Positions 56,532 through 62,402 of a stretch of DNA of 62,402 nucleotides are shown here, one piece after another. This stretch comes from an uncultured Gammaproteobacteria bacterium. GTDB lineage: Bacteria > Patescibacteriota > Microgenomatia > Daviesbacterales > UBA10151. The translations under genes and the position numbers were made by a program. The notes beneath the pieces are model-generated. The model was not told where the DNA came from, searched no databases, and worked only from the letters and a program-made list of their open reading frames with translations. The stretch spans positions 2,244 through 64,645 of the forward strand of contig CAYMRP010000002.1 of NCBI GenBank assembly GCA_964392925.1, written 5' to 3'. Position 1 is the stretch's first letter, and every line of letters begins with the position of its first letter.

Positions 56532-57089
56532 TCATTTTATACCGCCCAAGCGGTTTTTAAAAGCAAAATATACAATATTCAAAGATAGCCCGAATATAAT
56601 AACTGAACTAAGCAAAATAGGATCAGTCAAAACACTTAATACATCTTGGACTACTCTGTTCGGCTGTGTAAACACGTACCAAGAATGAGTTCGCTCTACT
56701 TTACCTAAAACTACCCCGAAACCAATCGCAAAATTAAGAGCAATAAACACAAAATCATATTTCCCCTTTTTAGATTTTTTATTAAAGAATGTCTGCATTG
56801 GCCGCATCGCTATAAAATAAGTCACAATCCCAAAAATAATTAGTACCGAGTACTGTATTGTTAGAAGTACAGCGCCTAATAAATCAGTTTGCGTAACTTG
56901 AGCGACAAAGTGCTCTATATCCGTCACCAGATAAATCGTATTGGGTAAAAATAAAAACCAGAGAGTGAATAATAATATTCTAAGGTAATAGTTTTTACTA
57001 TTTAAATAAAGAAGAGCGAAAACAAACCCCAATCCTGCTAGTGCTAAATTAGGAATCATCCACCAAAAATTTTCAATAAATATATCCAT
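56532..57089 (-). CDS. DUF1361-like integral membrane protein
   Basis: WMIPNLALAGL...LFLPNTIYLVTDIEH pattern. Confidence 0.6.
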   Translation of the reverse strand: MDIFIENFWWMIPNLALAGLGFVFALLYLNSKNYYLRILLFTLWFLFLPNTIYLVTDIEHFVAQVTQTDLLGAVLLTIQYSVLIIFGIVTYFIAMRPMQTFFNKKSKKGKYDFVFIALNFAIGFGVVLGKVERTHSWYVFTQPNRVVQDVLSVLTDPILLSSVIIFGLSLNIVYFAFKNRLGGIK

Positions 57090-57174
57090 GGGCAGAAAGT
57101 TAATTATAGTGGAAATAATGATTAAGGAGTATAAGGAAGCGACCGCAGTTAACTTTTCCTTAAGTATTTCTTAA

Positions 57175-58443
57175 CTAAGAAGCATCTAAAATCTTATCAA
57201 ACTTTGCAGTATCTTTGATTGGAGCAATCACCTGCAAATTGAATTTATTTTTATCAAATAAATATTTTGCTAAATCTAAAACATCATCCTCACTAACCGC
57301 ATCAATATTCTTTAAATATTCCTCAAAAGTTTCTAACTTCTTATCTAAAATAAACTGAGTTCCAAAATGTTCCGCTAAAAAGTTCGTTGATTCTCCCCTT
57401 AATGCTACCCGCCCCCTGATCATTTCTTTCGCTTTTTTCATCTCATCACCGGATACTTTTTCAGATGAAATCTTATTTAATTCATCAATAATAACTTTTA
57501 ATCCTTCATAAACTTTCTCAAGTTTAAGACCTGCATAATTTATAAACATACCTGTATCTAGGTATGAATCTGAATCAGATGAAACGTGATACGCGAGTCC
57601 CCTTCTTTCACGCACCTGCATAAATAATCTTGATGACATGCCTTCTCCTAAGATAGAAGATAATACTTTGGCTGCATATTTTCTTTTATCGTATCTATCA
57701 AAAGCTTCAACTCCTAATATTAAATTCGCCTGATCCGTTTTCTTATAAAAAACATTTGAACGGGGTTTTGTTTGAGCAATTTTTTTATAATTAACTGCTT
57801 TATGTTCTGATCTTTTGGGCAAATCATTAAAATATTTCTCAGCCATTTGCTCAATATCTTTTGGCAATTTCCCTGCATAAACCAAAACCGAATTTTCCGG
57901 AGAATAAAGCGAATCAACATACTTTACAAAATCCCCTCTTTTCAAAGAATTAATAGTTGCTTCGTCCCCGCCAATATCCCAACCCAAAGGCTGATCACCA
58001 AATTGTAAATTCTCATAAAGATCCCAGATGTAGCGTGTTGGATTATCCCGGTACATTCTAAGTTCCTCAATAATAACTCCTTTTTCTCTCTCAACTTCTT
58101 CTGCTTCAAGTAGAGATTCTTTAAGCATTGAAGAAACAACATCAGTTGCCAATTCTATATGTTTGGCCGAAGATTTAATCCAATAATAAGTCCATTCTTT
58201 AGAAGTTGCAGCATTATTAATTGCCCCAATCGAATCAACCATCGTTGAAATAATCTCAGCAGTTGGATATTTTTTAGAACCTTTAAAAAACATGTGTTCT
58301 AAAAAGTGGGAGATGCCATTAGTCTTACGGGTTTCGTATCGGGACCCAGCCCCAACAGCGAAAAGTGTAGTCACAGATTCAAAGGAGTCAATTGGAATAG
58401 TAATTAATGTTAACTTATTCTTAAGTGTCTTGATTTTAAACAT
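57175..58443 (-). CDS. M16-family (insulinase-like) zinc peptidase
   Basis: HFLEHMFFKG inverted zinc motif. Confidence 0.9.
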   Translation of the reverse strand: MFKIKTLKNKLTLITIPIDSFESVTTLFAVGAGSRYETRKTNGISHFLEHMFFKGSKKYPTAEIISTMVDSIGAINNAATSKEWTYYWIKSSAKHIELATDVVSSMLKESLLEAEEVEREKGVIIEELRMYRDNPTRYIWDLYENLQFGDQPLGWDIGGDEATINSLKRGDFVKYVDSLYSPENSVLVYAGKLPKDIEQMAEKYFNDLPKRSEHKAVNYKKIAQTKPRSNVFYKKTDQANLILGVEAFDRYDKRKYAAKVLSSILGEGMSSRLFMQVRERRGLAYHVSSDSDSYLDTGMFINYAGLKLEKVYEGLKVIIDELNKISSEKVSGDEMKKAKEMIRGRVALRGESTNFLAEHFGTQFILDKKLETFEEYLKNIDAVSEDDVLDLAKYLFDKNKFNLQVIAPIKDTAKFDKILDAS

Positions 58444-58504
58444 GAACGAAAGGATATCAAAAGATCACAAGAATCACAAGCTCTTACATCTTCATAAGGA
58501 GTAT

Positions 58505-58911
58505 TGTCATCCTGAGCGAAGTCGAAGGATCCGTTAACGCTAACCATGAACTTTATCATATAAATCTACTTGCCCAGGATTAAACATTATTATTAGTGCC
58601 TCCTTCTTTTTTCTGGTCCAACCCTTAATTTGCTTCTCTCTCAAAATCGCATTTTCAGGATCTTCAAATATTTCATAATACAAAAGATCGTGCACCTGAT
58701 ATTTCTTAGAGAACCCCTCCAACATATCATTCTTATGTTCCCAAAGCCTGGCCCCTAAATTTCCAGTAAATCCAACATACAAAACAGTTCTAGAAATATT
58801 TCCAAGAATATAAACGTAATATTGCCGCTTATACATATTATCTGTCGCTCTAAAGCCAGTAAAGAATCCGTGCAATATTCTACAGATCCTTCGACTTCGC
58901 TCAGGATGACA
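58505..58911. mobile_element. GIY-YIG nuclease cassette bounded by perfect 27-bp inverted repeats
   Basis: TGTCATCCTGAGCGAAGTCGAAGGATC at 58505..58531, and its exact reverse complement at 58885..58911. Confidence 0.7.
58540..58836 (-). CDS. GIY-YIG nuclease-family protein (COG2827-like)
   Basis: YYVYILGN...LYVGFTGNLGARLWEHK...REKQIKGWTRKKK. ATG at 58836; the track's longer start is at 58875. Confidence 0.85.
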   Translation of the reverse strand: MYKRQYYVYILGNISRTVLYVGFTGNLGARLWEHKNDMLEGFSKKYQVHDLLYYEIFEDPENAILREKQIKGWTRKKKEALIIMFNPGQVDLYDKVHG

Positions 58912-58914
58912 TTA

Positions 58915-59685
58915 TTACATCAGAAATAGAAGAAAAATTAAAGCCAAAACTATTCTATAAACCCCAAACCAAAAAAAGTTATTTGTCTGCACAAACTTAA
59001 TAAACCACTTAACAACCATCATTGCTGTTATAAAAGAGCCAACAAACCCAACTCCTAAAATCATTAACTCTGAAGAAGAAAAATTAAACTCCGATTTTAT
59101 TAAATCGAGTCCAGTCGCCGCCATCATAGTCGGAATAGCCAGAAGGAATGAAAACTCAACAGCTACTTTCCTATTTGCTCCAACCAATAAACCTCCAATA
59201 ATCGTTGATGCCGCCCGCGAAGTTCCGGGAATAACAGAAAATGATTGAGCAACCCCTATAAGAAATGACTGCTTTAAACTCAATTCCTCAAGTGTCGCGA
59301 TAGCGCTATCTTTTTCCTTAAAAAGTTTCTCAATAACAATTAATAAAATTCCACCAATCAAAAGAGCACCTACTACAACCAAAATATTCTCAAATAAAAC
59401 AGCTTTTATAAAATCATAAAACACTAAACCTACAACCGCTGTCGGAATAAACGCTGCAATAATATTCTTCCATAACTTAAAATTTCCTACTAATTTCTTC
59501 CAATACAAAACCACCACTGATAAAACCGCACCCAGCTGAATAATAACTTCAAAGGATTTTACAAACTCAGTTTGCGGAATTCTTAAGAAATTGGTTGCTA
59601 AAAGTAAATGTCCCGTGGAAGAAATCGGAAGAAATTCAGTAATCCCTTCAATAACTGACAGAATCAAAGCCTGAATTAAATCCAT
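58915..59685 (-). CDS. uppP: Undecaprenyl-diphosphate phosphatase
   Basis: VIEGITEFLPISSTGHL, PGTSRAAST. Confidence 0.95.
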   Translation of the reverse strand: MDLIQALILSVIEGITEFLPISSTGHLLLATNFLRIPQTEFVKSFEVIIQLGAVLSVVVLYWKKLVGNFKLWKNIIAAFIPTAVVGLVFYDFIKAVLFENILVVVGALLIGGILLIVIEKLFKEKDSAIATLEELSLKQSFLIGVAQSFSVIPGTSRAASTIIGGLLVGANRKVAVEFSFLLAIPTMMAATGLDLIKSEFNFSSSELMILGVGFVGSFITAMMVVKWFIKFVQTNNFFWFGVYRIVLALIFLLFLM

Positions 59686-59718
59686 AAATTATTTTTCGAG
59701 CAAAGCGAGAAAATACCT
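59686..59718. repeat. ~30-nt intergenic motif, copy d (cmk-uppP spacer)
   Basis: AAATTATTTTTCGAGCAAAGCGAGAAAATACCT, nearly identical to copy b. It overlaps the cmk stop. Confidence 0.75.
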
Positions 59719-60397
59719 AATTATCATCCTCACCAAACACCCTATTAAATTCATCCATCATTCTTTCAACAGTTTCCTCGGTACTCAAGTTAGAAGTATC
59801 AATCACAATCGCATCTTTAGGAATTCTCATGGGTGATGCTTTACGTGTTGTATCTGCATTATCTCGCGTCTCCATCCCCCTCAAAACATCTTCATACTTT
59901 ACTTCTGAATCACTTTTCTTAATCTGGTCATACCTTCTCTGAGCTCTAATCTTTACATCAGCCGTAATAAAAAACTTTAACTTCGAATCAGGAAAAATCT
60001 CTGAACCGATATCTCTACCCGCCATCACTGTATCTTTTTCACTCCCTATTCTTTTTTGTAACTGTTTTGCAAAAAACCGAGCTTTAGCAAACGCCGCAAT
60101 CTTTGGCACAACTGCAGTAGTCTCAGCTGTATGAATATCAACCGTCACATCCTTACCATCCAGGAAATTCCGAACCTTGCCGTCAACCATTCTAAATTCA
60201 ATATTAAGATTCTCAAAAACTCCCGCCACTTTATCTTCATCATCTAACGGAATATTATTCTGCAGAACATACAAAGCACCTGCTCTATAAATTCGTCCTG
60301 TATCAATAAATTGGTAACCGATATTTCTGGAGAACAAAAAGCCGACAGAAGATTTCCCGGAAGAAGTAGGACCATCAATGGTAATTACGTTAGGCAC
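59717..60397 (-). CDS. cmk: Cytidylate kinase
   Basis: ITIDGPTSSGKSS P-loop, DTGRIYR. Confidence 0.95.
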   Translation of the reverse strand: MPNVITIDGPTSSGKSSVGFLFSRNIGYQFIDTGRIYRAGALYVLQNNIPLDDEDKVAGVFENLNIEFRMVDGKVRNFLDGKDVTVDIHTAETTAVVPKIAAFAKARFFAKQLQKRIGSEKDTVMAGRDIGSEIFPDSKLKFFITADVKIRAQRRYDQIKKSDSEVKYEDVLRGMETRDNADTTRKASPMRIPKDAIVIDTSNLSTEETVERMMDEFNRVFGEDDN

Positions 60398-60454
60398 TAA
60401 CGAGGTATTATAATATGAATAAACTAATAAACAAATAACCCAATACGCATAGCT

Positions 60455-61702
60455 TTATTTATAGTATTTCTTCCCTTTCAATTTCTCCGGTAATAAATCC
60501 CCATCACCGTACATCTGATAGTCCTTACCATAATCCAAATTTTTCATCAATTTCGTTGGCGCATTCCTTAACTTAAGTGGAATCGGCAAATGCCCTAATG
60601 CTTTCACATCCTGTAAAGCTGAAAAATAAGCATCATAGGACGACCTATCTTTTTTAGCCATAGCAAGGTAAGTAACCCCATGCGCTAAATTAATCTGACA
60701 CTCCGGATAGCCAATTGTTTCGCATGCTCTAAATACCTCATTCGCTACCACCAAAGCCGTTGGCTGCGCCATCCCAATATCTTCAGAAGCAAAAATCACC
60801 ATCCTCCGGGCAATAAATAATGGATCCTCCCCGGCATCAACCATGCGAGCTAAATAATATAAAGCCGCATCCGCGTTCGATGCTCGCATAGATTTAATAA
60901 AAGCCGAAATTGTGTCGTAATGATTCTCACCCTTTTTATCATAAGCCAAAGCTTTAGTCTGCAAAGCCTCTACAATCAGATCTTTTGTCAAAGTACCACG
61001 AGTACCAAAGGTACCAAGAGTATCAAGGGGCTCGGTTCCTGGGTTATGTTTTTCTCCCTTTGGTACTTTTGGTACCCTTGATACCTCAATCGCTTGCGCC
61101 GCAATCTCTAAAGTATTTAAGATCATCCTGCCGTCACCATTGGAAAATTCCTTTAAGAATTCTTTGGCATCCTTTTTAATCTTCACCCCCAAATTTTTAA
61201 CCCCTCTACGAATAATTTCCTCTAAATCCTCATCTTTCAAAGGTTCCAAAACAAACACTCTTGATCTCGATAAAAGCGGATTAATAATCTCAAATGATGG
61301 ATTTTCTGTAGTTGCCCCAATTAAAGTAATTGTTCCATTCTCAACATAAGGCAAAAACGCATCCTGCTGGGCTTTATTAAATCTATGAATTTCATCAACA
61401 AAAATCACAGTCCTCAATTTCTGTCCCAGTCTCATCTGTCCTGTTAATCCTTCAAATATCTTCTTCAGTTCAGCAATTCCGGTCGTAACTGCTGAAAATT
61501 CCATAAACTCCGCTTCTATTTCATTGGCAATCACCCGCGCCAAAGTAGTTTTACCAACCCCCGGCGGCCCCCAAAATATCATCGAAAAAATATTCCCGGA
61601 TTTAATTGCTTTATAAAGTAATTTCTGTTCTCCAATAATATGCTTCTGTCCAATAATTTCTGATAATTTAGAAGGTCTCAAACGATCGGCTAAAGGATTC
61701 AT
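60455..61702 (-). CDS. rarA: Replication-associated recombination protein A (AAA+ ATPase)
   Basis: [33 protein letters not shown], and the MgsA C-terminal pattern [11 protein letters not shown]. Confidence 0.9.
   Translation of the reverse strand: MNPLADRLRPSKLSEIIGQKHIIGEQKLLYKAIKSGNIFSMIFWGPPGVGKTTLARVIANEIEAEFMEFSAVTTGIAELKKIFEGLTGQMRLGQKLRTVIFVDEIHRFNKAQQDAFLPYVENGTITLIGATTENPSFEIINPLLSRSRVFVLEPLKDEDLEEIIRRGVKNLGVKIKKDAKEFLKEFSNGDGRMILNTLEIAAQAIEVSRVPKVPKGEKHNPGTEPLDTLGTFGTRGTLTKDLIVEALQTKALAYDKKGENHYDTISAFIKSMRASNADAALYYLARMVDAGEDPLFIARRMVIFASEDIGMAQPTALVVANEVFRACETIGYPECQINLAHGVTYLAMAKKDRSSYDAYFSALQDVKALGHLPIPLKLRNAPTKLMKNLDYGKDYQMYGDGDLLPEKLKGKKYYK
61001..61085. repeat. In-frame imperfect inverted repeat made of 9-nt tandem units inside rarA
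   Basis: The 30-nt arms at 61001..61030 and 61056..61085 are complementary at 24/30 positions, with a 25-nt loop. It encodes [29 protein letters not shown]. Confidence 0.8.
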
Positions 61703-61781
61703 GAAGAATTAATATACCCAAAACTAAACCGAAGATCAATCTTTATCTATTTACAATGACCTATAGCTCTAACTCCTCTGA

Positions 61782-62354
61782 TCAATAGCCTGCGAGTTTA
61801 AAATAAGGATTAGCACCCACCATTGTAACCTGAACTCCAGCTTCCCTGATTTCTCTACCAATGGCTGTCTTGGAAGGCACATCCTTTGCGCTAAATGCTC
61901 TTAGGTACTCCCTACCTAACTCCAATATATTCGGACCAACCATTGAAGCAGGAATCGTACTTATTGGAGCAATCCTCATCTCTTTGGCTGATTCACCAAC
62001 AATAACTGTTCTTAACGCCATTGCTTCATGCTGACTACTCCAAGGGTTCTGATGATTAGCAAAAGTAAATCCTTCTTTATGAGGGCCAGGCACATATAAT
62101 ACCGTGGTCATGGTTTTTCCTTCCCAGTCCCAAGAAAGCACACGCTCACTAATAATCTCTGATTTGATGGGCTCACCGTTGATACTCCGTAAGTCTCTGC
62201 CAATATAATGCCTTAGAGGAAAGTCTTTATATGCAGCGGGGAGGTAATAAGGATCCCCATTTTGAAAAGCTAAATAGGATTGCTGTAGATCCCTCGCGTA
62301 ATCAACCTGACTAAAATCCTGATGTTGTAGATCTTCAACTCTCAGTGCCATCAT
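61782..62354 (-). CDS. Hypothetical protein (190 aa, no recognisable family)
   Basis: Long ORF upstream of rarA. 8 Lys and 12 Arg in 190 aa by my count. No motif recognised. Confidence 0.55.
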   Translation of the reverse strand: MMALRVEDLQHQDFSQVDYARDLQQSYLAFQNGDPYYLPAAYKDFPLRHYIGRDLRSINGEPIKSEIISERVLSWDWEGKTMTTVLYVPGPHKEGFTFANHQNPWSSQHEAMALRTVIVGESAKEMRIAPISTIPASMVGPNILELGREYLRAFSAKDVPSKTAIGREIREAGVQVTMVGANPYFKLAGY

Positions 62355-62402
62355 TTAACAATATTTTTTCTAAGATAGCCGCACTTGACAAAATTTAGAC
62401 CT

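Overview
This is a 62.4-kb, AT-rich and very compact bacterial chromosome segment, mostly coded on the minus strand. Many gene junctions are only 0-4 nt. Archaeal-type PurP sits among bacterial pur genes, and there are many small membrane-anchored exported proteins. Together these suggest a Patescibacteria/CPR-like genome, but that is inference only.

Core content:
- a two-component module
- a small stress-protein cluster
- a cell-envelope hydrolase islet
- gdhA and glnA
- the pentose-phosphate and upper-glycolysis genes tal, tkt, pgi, zwf, gnd and a ROK kinase
- a nearly complete purine pathway (purF, M, C, E, K, B, two purP, purA, guaA, purQ, purL, purH)
- housekeeping genes uppP, cmk and rarA

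I found no rRNA, tRNA, CRISPR array, transposase, integrase or phage genes.

Observations worth a second look:
1. A ~150-nt structured intergenic element occurs three times. Read on the minus strand, each copy lies just upstream of the tkt-tal, purE-purC and purH-to-guaA operons. It has conserved junction blocks, hairpins that differ in sequence but remain hairpins, and mutually exclusive pairings. It is a candidate new cis-regulatory RNA, or possibly an operator set.
2. About ten family-less, lysine-poor ORFs are wedged between conserved housekeeping genes, often with translationally coupled junctions. One set brackets a GAF histidine kinase behind three tandem 22-bp palindromic boxes.
3. A second copy of the last 18 codons of gnd, differing almost only at synonymous sites, lies 21 nt past the real gnd stop, next to a divergent orphan gene pair. 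This looks like a recombination or integration scar.
4. A GIY-YIG nuclease gene is flanked by perfect 27-bp inverted repeats.
5. Short palindromic repeats are inserted in frame in rarA, purK and a DUF1801 gene.
6. A ~30-nt intergenic motif occurs four times.

All functional calls rest on motifs I recognise by eye. No database search was run.
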